Shown here in pieces: positions 37,505 through 49,656 of a DNA stretch of 64,000 bases (the first letter of the stretch is position 1; every line of letters starts with the position of its first letter). This stretch comes from Amoebophrya sp. A120 (taxonomy: Eukaryota; Protista; Dinoflagellata): assembly GCA_905178155.1 (NCBI GenBank), contig CAJINV010000012.1:1-64000 (forward strand), in the 5' to 3' direction. Below the pieces are notes generated by a model. That model saw only the letters and a program-made list of their open reading frames with translations, had not been told where the DNA came from and searched no databases. Made by a program: the position numbers and the translations under genes.

Positions 37505-40189
37505 ATGCTACACAAGCTGTTTCAACATTCCTCTTCCTGCGTCTCAATGGCAAAATGGCGACTCCCTCGAAAGCTCTCGTATGCGATGGTGCCCCCTGCA
37601 TCCCTATTTCTGACCCGGAAAGCCGCACAGTGGAGACTGCGGTACGAGCAGGATCAAGCGACAGCAGCAGCTCCAGAACAACATCACCCACGACACCACA
37701 CGCCGGATCACGACCAAGGGGAAGGATACGGACTTCCCGGGGGGAGCTCCAACATCCAAAAAGGAGGGAGCAGCAGCAGCACTCGACCTCCGGGGACCTG
37801 GTCGTGCTCATCGAATGTAACAAGCCGACCAAACTCTCCCGGAGGTGTGTATCAGCAAGACCAAGAAAACTTCGTGCAAAAGTTCGATTTGATCAACATC
37901 GCGGAGCGCTGCAACATCATGGGCACCTCGAAGTTGGACTATTCGGAAATCCGGAAGTGGCACCAGGCGCGGGGGTACCTTGGGGGGATTGTTATCCTTT
38001 GTAAAAATTTTCCCACCCCATAGCTCTTCTTCTTGGTTCTTCTTGTCATGCAATGCTGCATGTCTCTCATGTGGAGTCCCATGAAACGCATTTGCTATTG
38101 CTAGCGCTGTTTCGAAGTTATTTGTGATGCTCGAATCAGGCGCATGAAACGCTATTTTTGTGATGCTGCTGCACTAGCTAAACCCGACTACACTGCGATC
38201 CCAAACTTATCATGCGCAACAACAGCTAGAGCCTGTTGATTTGTGTTGCAGATTTCCAAACTCTACTACGGTGCCGCGGGGACGTTTTTGTACGGGATAA
38301 TCGTGGTCCGGCAGCTGGATAACATGAAGCACAGCAACGACACGGTAGAAACGGGAGACCGGACTGCGTTTGGAAAACTTATGGACGATGCTTTTCAGGT
38401 ATATGATGCAGGTCTTGCATTACAAATTTCTTTGTCAAGGCAAATCAGCATTACAAATTTTATTTCTCATGCTGAGAAAATTTGTAAATGCATTTACACG
38501 AGTACGATACTTTTGCAGTTCATAAGGTATAGCCATTACTTATTCTCAGTACTTGCCATGCAAATGATCAACTCCATAGTTGTAAAAAACGCGACAGATC
38601 AACACAGATACCGTTCTCGTCATTTCCACTTGTCCCACAGCACTCCAAAAACAACGGAATCTTTTCAGGCAATCTCCGCTTACCTTCCCGCGAACTTCTT
38701 CGAAAAAAGTCCCTTCAATTTCGCCCATTTGATCCCCGAGGAGCTGCAGGAGCCGAAGAAAATCAAGATGGAATCCTTCCTCTTTGACAAGCTTGCAAAC
38801 GAAACCGAATCGATGCGGCGGGAGTGCTACTACCTCTACTACGAGATGTGCGGAAAAACCGGCGATCGGACCTACGAGGTCTTCATCCGCGGGACGTTAA
38901 TTTGGTCTGATTGGTGGCGTATGCATTGCAAAACAAGTATCGTACTCGTATAAATGCGAGTCTAGCATGACAGATCTGCTTTCTGACCTGAATCTGCATG
39001 ACAAATTTCATTTTTCTTCTACGAAAAATTTGTCATGCAATTCATACTAGTACGATAGGATACTTTTGCATTGCATATGGTGCAACTTGAACTTCCGGAA
39101 GGTTTGGGACACGGAACTAGAAAAGTACATCCACGCTGGATTTCTCCGGAAATCCGACATTCTGCTGAACGATTTGGAACCCTTGCTGCAGGACCGGCAC
39201 GGCAAGATCAGACTGCATGGACACTCACTGGGCGGCGCCATGGCGGAAATAATTGGGCTGAAATTGGAGAAACGAGGTTTCTATGTGGAGCAAGTGACCT
39301 CCTTCGGCGCACCGAAGTTTTTGACCTGCTGTCTGGGCGATAATAGTACATTGGGAGCAACAGCAGAGCCAGAAGTTGTCGTGTTGGAGGAACAGCATGA
39401 CAAGAAAGAGAAACCCAGCAGCGACTTTATCACTATCACGGCGGCGAACGACCCAGTTTATGAACTGCAAAAGTATCGTACTACTTGTACTTGTAGTAAT
39501 CGCAGTCATGCATTGCAAATCTTTATCCCTCCAAGGCAAAACAGCATGACAAATTCCATTTGTCATGCTGAGCTAATTTGTATTGCAATTACTACTAGTA
39601 CGACACTTTTGCAGTTCATACAGTTCCTTACATGCCGATTGAAGGCCCGGCATCTTGCTGGTTCAAGGGCTGGTATGTGAGCTACGGAAAAAGGTTTCAT
39701 CTTGAAGACTCCGGTTCTCATGATGTTTCAGCAGAATCACATCAGCAACCTGACAAGCAGAACTACACACTTTTCCCTTTCGGCTCCTTCCTCCACTGGC
39801 TCCAGAATTCGTTCCTCGTCGTCCCGTTTAGCAACCCGGACTCGCACCGATTGAAACATTACATCAAACTGTTGGAGGACGAGGAAAGCCGTTTCTCCTC
39901 TGTTGCAGACACTGACGGCGCAGATGAACAACGGAAAAAAGTAGGAGCAGAGACAGCAACTAGTTCGGCACAGGAAGTCGCAGTGGCACCAGAAGATCGG
40001 GGACTGCAACTGCCTGAGCTACAAATCAACTCGAGCGAAGAGGGTGATGTGGTGGGAATAAAGCAGCTGTTGCAGCAGACAACAGGCGACGTGCCTCCAA
40101 GTCCACCCGAGCCTCTTCCTCGTCCTGCCGCGCATGAGGTGCTTAGAGAGCCTGTCGAAGTCACTTCGAAGTCCGGCGCACTTCAGTAG
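37505..40189 (+). CDS. Class 3 lipase (alpha/beta hydrolase)
   Basis: IRGT...DW, IHAGF, GHSLGG, TSFGAPK, NDPV|P, H near C-terminus; reconstructed by removing 3 exonic introners and intron 38399-38668. Confidence 0.85.
37993..38299. mobile_element. Introner family H
   Basis: TATCCTTTGTAAAAATTTTCCC...GGGACGTTTTTGTACGGGATA; DR ATTGT/ATCGT. Confidence 0.85.
38402..38524. mobile_element. Introner family A lacking left TIR body, inserted in a GT donor site
   Basis: TATGATGCAGG...CGATACTTTTGCAGTTCATA; DR AGGTA/AGGTA. Confidence 0.8.
38920..39077. mobile_element. Introner family A
   Basis: TATGCATTGCAAAA...TTTTGCATTGCATA; DR TGGCG/TGGTG. Confidence 0.9.
39459..39620. mobile_element. Introner family A (reverse orientation relative to 24679)
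   Basis: TATGAACTGCAAAAGT...ACTTTTGCAGTTCATA; DR CAGTT/CAGTT. Confidence 0.93.
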
Positions 40190-40559
40190 AGGCTTCTCCG
40201 TGGAGAAAAGGAGCTCAGCCGACAAGGACAACCTCGAGGGAGCTTTTGCTCTTTCGTCCTCGTCTTAAAAATGCCGATCCTGTTATTATTCTATTGCAAC
40301 AAACATGATCATAGCACATAATTATTGCGCACGAACTGCAATTGAAATTGCATGCACTGTCTACTACATTTGACTCTTCGCGGCGCATATTTATTTTACT
40401 AGCGCCGTTGCTCTGCTCGACAGAAGCGTTACCAACGTGCCGGTCGTGCGAGCGTGGTTTTGTACGTCCGTGTTCTTCCAGAGCCAAAATCGTCAGAGCT
40501 TGCGAGACGAGATGTGAACCGCAATAGACATGGCGCGACTTTCTTCACACGGATAAGAG

Positions 40560-43500
40560 TGGAACAGGCTTGGGGCGGCCTTTGCTACTTTTCTAGGCCC
40601 AAGCCCTGGCGTCTCGCTTTCTCTAGCCAGGTGGCGGAGTCGGAAAGGAAACGCTGGCACTGGGCCCGGTTCCGTGCGAAATGCGCCCCATATTATTGGA
40701 AGCCGCACGGAAAGGGCGCCCATTGGATTGGACCGGGCTGCGTGTGTGTGGATGGTGCCGGATTGGGCCGGCACGCTGCCCGCTGCCTGGGTGCGTCGCT
40801 CTCCAGCTTCGGGGCCGCGGCCAAAACATTTGCGCCCCGGCTTGGCTGCTCGGCGACCTTAGCAAACCAATCCGGCCGGGCTGAAGTTTGTCGGAAGGCT
40901 GGAGCCTGCGGCCCAGATTTTTCATCGGCAGGCATGGCATTTGGGGCGGACTGGGCCGCGTGAACGGTCAGCGAGCAGGCAACCCGGCGCAGGCCGGGCC
41001 AGTGTGGGCTCTATCTTCGGAGGCGTGGCACTTGGCCGCCTCAAGCGACGCCGCCCGGGCGGCCCAGTGCGTGGCTGCCTGTGGTCGGAAGCCACGCGCC
41101 AAGGCGTTTGCTTTGCTGGCTTGGTGGCCAGCTCCGAAGAAACGCCGCCCCCGCCCGCCTGTATCACAAGGAGCCAGGGCGGAGAGAGGACGGCGACCCC
41201 GCCCGGTCTTGTGTGCTTTCTTTTGGCCCGCCGCCCGGGCCCAGTGGCTTGGGTGAGGCCCGGCCCGGCGCCGGGCCGCGCCTGTGTTCCTTCGGCCCGC
41301 CCATCCCCGCCCGCGAACGGAGGGGCGCCCGAAAAGGCGCGCGCCGTTCGTTCTCGGGCGCGCGTGCGCCCCACATCATAATGTAAGCGCAGGACGCGTC
41401 GCTGTCGGTTTCTCCTTTCAGGTTGCGGCTATTTTCACCGGGCGCCGGCCCTATCGCGCTTTATTTTGCATTTGATAGCGGTCGCGCGAGGCCAGTTTGC
41501 AGCGCTTACAGGTGGGGCATCGTAAAGATGTATGAGCTTGGCGGCTGTGGGCCATCGAGCATACCGCTAAGCGTCTGCCCGAGCGACGACAGCAAGCGGA
41601 GGGGCGGGGGACCGAGGGCGCGCCGGGCCCCCAATGGCCGCGCGCGCCGGCAGTATCTGCCTGGGATCAGGCAGCCGGCCCGAGGCATTTTCCGCTAGTA
41701 AAATTTTTTTAAAATGTCACTAATTCCGGGAATCGCGGGCCGGCTGGCTGGGTGCGGCACCCTTTGGGCACGCGCCGCATTCGGGGAGGGGGGCGCGGCA
41801 TAGTGTGGCGCCCCCGCTTTTTGTTTTCCCGGGTCGGTGCCGTAAGCTTCCGGGCCGTCTCCCCTGGTTGTGTGCTCTCCCCCGTCCTCTTGGGGATGGG
41901 GGCCGCTTATCGTTGGGCCTTTTCGCGCGCGCGGCGCCTTTGCTTTTGGTGGTGGCCTGCCCTCGGGCGCTCTTTTCCCTTACCTCAGGGAATGCCTCGG
42001 GTCGGGCCCTTGCCCGGGCCTTCGGTTTTTCTTTGTCCGGTATCTTTGCAAGGGAGGGGGGTCCTGTGGTGTGGTTTGGCACACAGGGGCTGCTCCTCGT
42101 GGCCATGGCTCAAATCCACCGGGGCCCGGCGCCTTTGCATTTATGGGGGGCAGCGCGCAGCGGGCCCGGCTCTGGAAATCAGGCAGGCGCGAGGCCGGGG
42201 CTTTTTGGTCTTTCAAACACCACCCCGATCCCGGGCGGCTAATGAAGAGGGTAATCCCGGCGGTAATTTCCGGGGTTAATCTGACCACAACGAAATCGGG
42301 AAGGTTTCGTTGGTTTTGAAATTAGACCAAAAATTAGACTACAGATTAGACTATAAATTAGACCACAAATTACCCCAAAAACCCAAGGAATTAACCTGCC
42401 CCCGGGGGGCAGTCACTCCGCCAGAGCATTGGGTTTTCAGTTGGCGCCATTTGCCACCACTTGTCCTGCTTTTTCTCGGCAGGCCGCCCGCCCGCAGTTC
42501 CCGCCCGCCCGTGGCCTTTGCGTCTTTGAATGGATTCCCCCCGACCGGTGCCTTTCCCAATTTGCCCCGAAGATTGAAGGGGTGGCGCTCTGGAAACCCA
42601 CGAACAACAGGCCCGCCGGGGTCGCGTTCCGGCCTCCGTTGTGATTTGGTGGAGGCCCCCCGCGCGCAGGCTTCGCAGGCTCCTGGGCCTTTCTTCGGTG
42701 CCGGGGCACCCTGTGGCGCCTTTCCCGGCGCGCGCCCGCCTCCCCTTTAGGGGGGCGCGGGGGGGGTGCCTGGAGGGCGGCGCCCGCGATGGCTATGCGC
42801 CCCCGGAAGTATGGTGGCACCCCCGGCGCGTTTTCTAGTCGGGCCCCTCTTGCGCCTGCCCTCCTTCGCTTTGGGGATTAGCCAAACTTCAGCCAGGAAT
42901 TAACGAAATAGCTTGCCACGGGCCGGCTGCCTGACTGGGATGCTTTTTGCCCGCGGGCCGTTTTGTGGGCCCGCCGGGGGCGCGCCAGGCAGCGAGGCAG
43001 CCCCCCCCTGTCTTGTCCGCGCCGGGCGGGCGGGCCCCTGGCTGCCCCCGGTGAGCCGCATACGCCTGTCCCCTTGTGCAAACCATTGGGCGCCCGAGGG
43101 TCGGTGAGCGCCTGGCGCGGCCTGTTGGTGCAATGTGTGCGCAGCTGCCATGCGCAGAGGCGGCGCGCGGGCCCGGGCAAACGGTCCGCGGCCCGGTGGA
43201 TGATCTGGGGCGGGCGTTTCCGCAATATTGACGCATGCACCGTCGGCGCCCGCCAGGCAGCGTTGTTGTCGACCTACCTTCATCCCGCTCCTGCGTGTAG
43301 GAGAGGTTTTCCGAATGGAGAGTGTTCCGGGGTTTGCGAGCAGGGGAACAAACTTCGGGTGATTGAGTGAAGGTTTTTTTTGAAGTGAGAGATAGTGGAA
43401 GGGAGCAGCGTTTTCTTTGTTCTATTATTCTAGCAAAAGCGCTAATCGCGCACTCTCAAATGCGAATCGAGTCGGAGTCGCTCTTGCCGCCGATTCCTGG

Positions 43501-44230
43501 TATGTAGTGAGGTCACCGAACGGTTCTAACCAGGGAATTTTTTTGCCACCCAGACAGCAAAACGGCCGCCAGTTTTCAAGCGGGCGAAAGTGTTTTTTGA
43601 CGAAAAAGATTTTCAATTATCAAGCGGACGGGGCTTTGCCGTCAAACAAGCCCGGTCGAAAACTATCGATTCGCACTTGATAAAACGACGCAGGGGAGCT
43701 GGCAAAAGGGGCGCCCTTCTGAGGCGCCCACCGCCTTAGTTTCTGGCGATTTGGGGCGCCCAAAAAGGGGAGCGCAAAAAACGCGCCCAAAATCAGAACA
43801 GCGAAACAGCATGGCGCGGCCGCGATTTCGGAGCATTTTGGGCGGCCGCGAAAGCGGCCGCCTTTTCGCCGGTTTCAGAGCCGGGGAAGCTTTGCAAAAA
43901 GCGCCGGCGCGAAAAATAAAAACGCGAAAAAGAAAAAGCGGCCCGTACGCGCAAAGCCAATCCGCATGCTATGGGCCCGATTTTTCTTCGCTTTTTGGGT
44001 GCCCCCCGTGGCACCCGGATCGGCCCCATAGCATGGGGGCTGGCCTTCGGAAAGGAGCTTTGCAAATGTGCTGAAATTTGTGACGTTTCTCAAGTGACCG
44101 CCATACCGTGCGGCATAACGTTACTCAGGGCGGTATGGCGAGCCCAGAAAAAGCAAAGCCGCGGCCAAGGCAGCGGTCGGCAAAAAAACGTCCACGACCT
44201 CACTACCCCCGCCCCGGCGGCTATATTTGG
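40560..44230. mobile_element. Large GC-rich intergenic block, probably nested transposon relics
   Basis: GC-rich segments separated by short AT islands; tandem ATTAGACYA x4 at 42321-42366; no credible ORF. Confidence 0.4.
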
Positions 44231-44337
44231 TAGACTACATGTAGCCACTACGAGCGGTGCGAGTACTAGAACCGCCCGAGGGAAAATCCTTCTCTGTGTT
44301 TCCGGCGACATTGAATCCACTTACAACCAAGCAAACC

Positions 44338-46381
44338 ATGTCCTTCCCATCCCCCTCTCCCGGCGGTCTCGTCATCTCCCCCGCCCGCTTGAAACTCTTC
44401 GCCACCGTCTACGGGCCGGGTGGAAAAGTTATCCGGCCGCTGCACTTTTCCTACGCACAGAAGAACAGCAAAACTTTGCTCCTCCGTCTGGAGTTCGAGC
44501 AAAACGTGTTGCAGCTGCTCCGGGCGAAATTTGTCAGCGTGGAAACGGCGAACAATGTGATAATCGATATGTGGGTGTCAGGATTGAAATCGACAAAGCT
44601 GAACAAATAACCTGTAATGTATAAAACCGATACCAATTTGACCCACAGTTTCTAGTCGGCGCATGACAAATTTTGTCCGTATTGAAAGGCAGTTTGTCAT
44701 GTTGTTTAGGGCAAAGGGGCTCCCCTCTGTCATGCGAATCAGCATCCCAATGCTCGACCCTTACCAGCACTAAGTACAATCTGCCTTCCTTGCGTCCTCT
44801 GCAATAGAGGCAATCTCTGCGTTGCATTTTATGCATGACCTGACGATTTCCATTCTGACGCGTCCATAATCGAAACTCGGGAAGTCCGGGACGACGGAGA
44901 CGAAAACTCAACTGCCAGCTCGACGGCGTCGGCCGATGGCGAGGACAAAGCAGATGCTGAAACGAAAACCACCGCATCTCCATCTTCGGTCAAGAAGAGG
45001 AAAAGGTCCAAGTCCCGCTGGTTTGAAAATGGGTTAGCGAAGATTTTTGCCGGCACAGGTAGCAATTCAAACAAATTCGAGTACGAGGTCACCTTGCGGA
45101 TTCCGAACAACGACGAAGAGGCTCCGCTGTTTGGCCAGACACCAATCCAGGCTGCGCGGATGTTTCTGTTGCAGAGAAGAGGAAGGAGTAAGTCGCCATC
45201 TACTTCAACAGCGGCTGGTCCAGAAGATTCACCGTCTCGATCTGGTGCGCAGGAGTCCTCCTCGTCGCGGAGGGGAGAACAAGCCGGCTCCTCATCTGCA
45301 GCAAAAACTGCAGCTTCAGCATCACAACCACCAGCAACCGCAGGAACAGGGGCTCTCGCCCGCGGCCGCGCCCATCTCAACCGGCTGGAGCAACTGTCGG
45401 CCGCGGCGCAGACGAACCAACTCGCCAACGCCGCTTCCGCTTCGTCCCGCTCCGTGATCCATCTAGCGAATTTGATCGAATACGGCACCGGCACGCGGCA
45501 GATTATGCCCTGCAAAAGTATCGCGCTAGTAGTATTGCATTTGCAATACAAATCAGCTGAGCATGACAAATGGAATTTCTCATGCTGGTTTAGCTTGAAA
45601 AAGAAATTTGTCTTGCATTACTGTGATTACTACATGAGTGCGATACTTTTGCACAGGATACAGATTTGGCGTGAGCAGATTGTGAGACAGGAGTTAGTCC
45701 CGGAAGAGCAAGTCCGATACCGCATAACGGAGAATTTCTCCGTCGGCGACGCGACCGTTTCCGGAGCAGGAACTGGAGGGTGTATCCACAGAAAAAAACC
45801 CATCCACATCCAATTTGTCATGCAAAACACGCATCAAGTGATGTGTTTGCCATGCAAAAAAAGTGATGTGGATGGTTTTTTTTTTTCTGTGGATAGGGTG
45901 TTTTGGCTTTCTAGTTGGGTACGGACTGGCGTTTTTGTCAACACCACCTTCTCCAGGGGCGACAACACCACTTCCTGGGGCTTTTTCGGGTGGTGCAGGA
46001 GGTGCAGGAACAACTGCAACAGCTGCTTCGGCATCAACAAAAACAGCAGCAGCGGGATCTGCAGCATCTGCATCTTCAGCAACTTCAGCTTCCGGAGCAG
46101 GAGCAGGTCCAGCTTCTTCCAGTACAGTTCTGAAAACCCTGAAGGCGGTGGCGCTCGCAGCTCCACACGCGTTGGTCCCAGCGAGCGTATTCGCGTTGCT
46201 CGGCGTTTTTTACGGCGGGGTTTTCGGGTATTTGAAGGATGTGACGAGAAATGACCCAGTGCAAGAGTTTGAGGAATACGGGTGTAACTCTTTCTTGGTT
46301 GATTTCTTGGATGTCCTCAGAAACCCGAGCGGCAGACGGATGACCGCGCAAGACCGAATGTACCTGGGCCTGACTGCGTAG
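44338..46381 (+). CDS. Hypothetical membrane protein, 4 exons
   Basis: MSFPSPSPGG...; frame restored across 3 introners; hydrophobic segments GCFGFLVGYGLAFL and VFALLGVFYGGVFGYL. Confidence 0.7.
44568..44868. mobile_element. Introner family C
   Basis: TATGTGGGTGTCAGGATTGAAATCG...CGATTTCCATTCTGACGCGTCCATA; DR ATCGA/ATCGA. Confidence 0.9.
45504..45660. mobile_element. Introner family A
   Basis: TATGCCCTGCAAAAGTATCGC...GCGATACTTTTGCACAGGATA; DR CAGAT/CAGAT. Confidence 0.92.
45783..45895. mobile_element. Introner family F (short)
   Basis: TATCCACAGAAAAAAACCCATCCACATC...GATGTGGATGG(T)nCTGTGGATA; DR GGGTG/GGGTG. Confidence 0.92.
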
Positions 46382-46998
46382 AAGAGTTGATGTTTGCGAC
46401 TCGTCCTCACAGTCTTCCTGGCTCAGACGGTGCATTCATACTTCAAATTCTTCTTCATCAACATGAAAATAATAACATCGCAAACCACAACGCTACCACT
46501 TTGTAAGTTCATCCATTGGAAGAATTTTTCAATATTGATAGCGTCGGCCGGCGGGGGGCACTGGCTTCACTTTCAACGGCGTGCTGGTCAACAGCGTGTA
46601 GGCAACTTGAGTTCATCATCATCTCACAGATTGAGATCATTAGGACTATGGCTATGCTTCTTCTCGAAAATCTGGAGTCCGCATCTCCTTTCTCGATTGT
46701 TCTGTCGTAGAAACACAAGCATCACAGTGAGAGAGATGAACTGCAGAGACGAGAAATTGTGATTTTTGATGTGAGTGTGATACGATAAAACCTGAGTTCG
46801 AGAAACAATTTTCGGGTGAAGTTCTTTCACGCGTCGAAGAAGTCGTCCACGAGCGTCGACATTGTTCAGAGCCGTTGCCGTTTTCACCTCTTCAGCTCGA
46901 ACATAGATTATCGTCTAGTAACCCGTAGCTCAAGTTCTGCTTCGGCAGAAGGAGAAGTTTGTTCTACTTCGGCAAATATTAAAACATCAACTCTCAAG

Positions 46999-49656
46999 AT
47001 GAACACCTCCATCCGCTCCCCCGCTTCTTCCTCCCGAGCTTATGAATTGCAAAAGCATCGTACCAGTATAAATTGCATCAAAAATTTTGGCAAGAATGGC
47101 AATGGAGGAGGAATTTGTAATGCTGTTTTCCCTTAGGAAAAACATTTGTCATGCATATTTGCAATTAGTACGAGTACGATACTTTTGCACAGGATAGAGC
47201 TGCCCCCGCGGCACCTCCCCCCTCCGACAGCCCAACCGTGGGGCATAAAAACCCAGGTGCCTCGTCGAAAAACGACGACCGCGCGATCGGGAAGCAGTTG
47301 GAATCTATCAAATGTAGAAATGTCTGGGTCTGGAAGCTTGCCAGGTTTGTCATGCATATTTTGGAAGACTCATGATGTCTGTGATGCATGCTCTACTAGC
47401 ATGACAGATTTTTAAAGGTCTTTGCGATGCCTCTACCGCATGAGAAATGCCCTCTCCGGGTAGCACAAACTGGAGTTCTGTTGCCGGTCATGCAATGCAA
47501 ATTTTTTTAGAATCCAGAGACAGCATCACAAGTTTAGAATCTTCCAGACCCAGACATTTTTACAATTGATAGAATCGGACCGGCCGACGTCCGCGTGTTA
47601 CTCCTTCGGGAAATCCGCGACCCGGGAGAAGAGGAAGCTATCAAATGTAAAAATGTCTGGGTCTGGAAGAGTGCAACTTGTCATGCTAAAATGGAAGCAT
47701 GCAAAAATCTGTGTTGCATGATTACCAAAAGCTGTCCACTTTTGACCTAATCGAGAGACAGTTTCTCATGCAGGAGAGGCATGATAGAACTCTCACAGAA
47801 TCTGTCATGCTCTGTCCTACTTGCCAGACCTCATGAGTCATGTAAAATCTGCATGACAAGTCTGGCATTCTTCCAGACCCAGACATTTTTGCAATCCATA
47901 GAAGCTGTGCGGGGACATTTTGATCGGATCGGGCTCGGATTTTCTAGGAAGGACATCTCCTGGTGTGACGTACGATTTGAATTTGTCATTAGTCTTATGC
48001 ACTGCAAAATTATCTTCGTACTAGCATGGATAGATTGCATCACAATTTTTTCCATAAGGACGAAAGATGGAACTTGTAATGCTGATCTGCCCATAGAAGC
48101 GAGATTTGTCACGCATATAATACTCGATTGCACTTAGTGCGATATTACTTTTGCAGAGGATAAGTCTCCCGGTGGAAGGGGACGACTTTTGGGAAAGCGG
48201 CGAGACCGACCTCCGGAACGGTGGCCTACCCTCCGAGCACGAACGATCTGAAGTGCGTGATACCGAAATTTGACAATATCAAAAAGAAAAATCCCCCCTC
48301 CCCATATCGAAAACGAAATTTGTGATGCTGTATTTGAGTACACAAATCGACCTGTATTGCTAGAAGGCCAAGAGACGCAGCCGTGGCCTGAATTGCAGGC
48401 AATTTGTCATGCTGTTTCCCACTTCCAGTTGCCTCGTGTCATGCTGGAGATGCGATACTTTCCCACACTAGGTAGCACTACAGTCCGCATCTTTTGCCTT
48501 CTAGCATCACAAAGCTGATTTGTGACCACAAATCTGCATCACAGATTTCCGTTTTGATATGGGGAGGGGGGATTTTTCCTTTTGATAGACAAGTACCGGA
48601 ACAAGCAGGATGGGAGGGTGGTGTTCGGCAGGGAGACGAGGGAGGTAGGATTCTTGGAGAAGTGTGCTTCGATCTATTTTGATCATGTGGCTACCACGAC
48701 GGTCTATCTTCTTACGGTCATGCGGAAATCAAAGCTGCACAGTTCTGCTGTATTGCTCATTCTCTTAAATTATGCAAACCTGCATATACAAACTTGTTCA
48801 GGCCGGCGCGAAGAACGGCGCCAACGCGGTGAAGGGCACCGGGAACTCCGAGTTCTATGCCAGAGAATCCCCCGGTTGCATCTACGACCCGAAGGATAAG
48901 TTGGTGAAGGAAATTGTGACCCGGAGCTGGACCATGGGCATGCGAACGAAGATTATCGGAATGAAGGATCCGAAGAACGTGGTCGATCCGGAATCGAATC
49001 TAAAACCGGAAACCGCAATGGGGAAGCAGTTGAACTCGCGAAAGCCGTCGGCCATGGGCAGGTCGTTTTCCAAAGCGTCCAGGTTCGGGAAGAACGCCAG
49101 TGAAAAGGACAGGGAAAGGGAGAAACTGTTTGCTGTCCAGAAAGCAGCAGCGGCGAGACCAGCGACGGCGCCTTCCGGCGGTGGAGGTGGGACAACAGAA
49201 GTTAATACTGCTGAGGGTGATGCTGGTACTGCTGGTGCTGCAACGAAGGGGGCAACAATAGTACCACCAGCAGCTGCACAACCACAACATACCAAACACG
49301 CCGCCACGACCGGTCAGCAGGTGGTCTTAACCAAGATTCAACGCGGTTTGGGGAAGCAGATAGACTTGAAATCCGCGCCGGTGTTCGGAATATCCAGGAA
49401 AAAACACCAATCCCCATCCACTTTGTCATGCAAAACATGCATAAAATCCGGCGTTTGTCATGCGAAAAATGAATGGGGATGGGTGTTTCTTCCTGGATAC
49501 GGAATTAGCAAGTGCTCCCGGGACAAGAGATCCGTTTCCGGCAACATGATAATCAAAGAAGACAGACCGGCGGCTCTAAGCAACATGCAGCACCAGAGGT
49601 TACCGCACAATTTCAACTACCCGGCGCCGAGTGCGGTGAGGAAGTGGGGGTCATGA
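46999..49656 (+). CDS. Repeat protein with GKQ-x-x-S-x-R/K-P and SPG motifs, probably ODF3/STPG(SHIPPO)-like axonemal protein; 8 exons
   Basis: IGKQLESDRPTSACYSFGK, RTSPGVTY, ESPGCIY, MGKQLNSRKPSA, LGKQID..SAPVFG; 6 introners plus GT-AG intron 48645-48801. Confidence 0.6.
47041..47196. mobile_element. Introner family A
   Basis: TATGAATTGCAAAAG...CTTTTGCACAGGATA; DR GAGCT/GAGCT. Confidence 0.92.
47306..47571. mobile_element. Introner family B (reverse orientation relative to 31835)
   Basis: TATCAAATGTAGAAATGTCTGGGTCTGGAAG...CTTCCAGACCCAGACATTTTTACAATTGATA; DR GAATC/GAATC. Confidence 0.93.
47639..47900. mobile_element. Introner family B
   Basis: TATCAAATGTAAAAATGTCTGGGTCTGGAAGA...TCTTCCAGACCCAGACATTTTTGCAATCCATA; DR GAAGC/GAAGC. 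Confidence 0.93.
47996..48162. mobile_element. Introner family A
   Basis: TATGCACTGCAAAA...TTTTGCAGAGGATA; DR AGTCT/AGTCT. Confidence 0.9.
48277..48587. mobile_element. Introner family E
   Basis: TATCAAAAAGAAAAATCCCCCCTCCCCATATC...GATATGGGGAGGGGGGATTTTTCCTTTTGATA; DR GACAA/GACAA. Confidence 0.93.
49391..49499. mobile_element. Introner family F (short, in-frame and stop-free)
   Basis: TATCCAGGAAAAAACACC...GGTGTTTCTTCCTGGATA; DR CGGAA/CGGAA. Confidence 0.92.
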
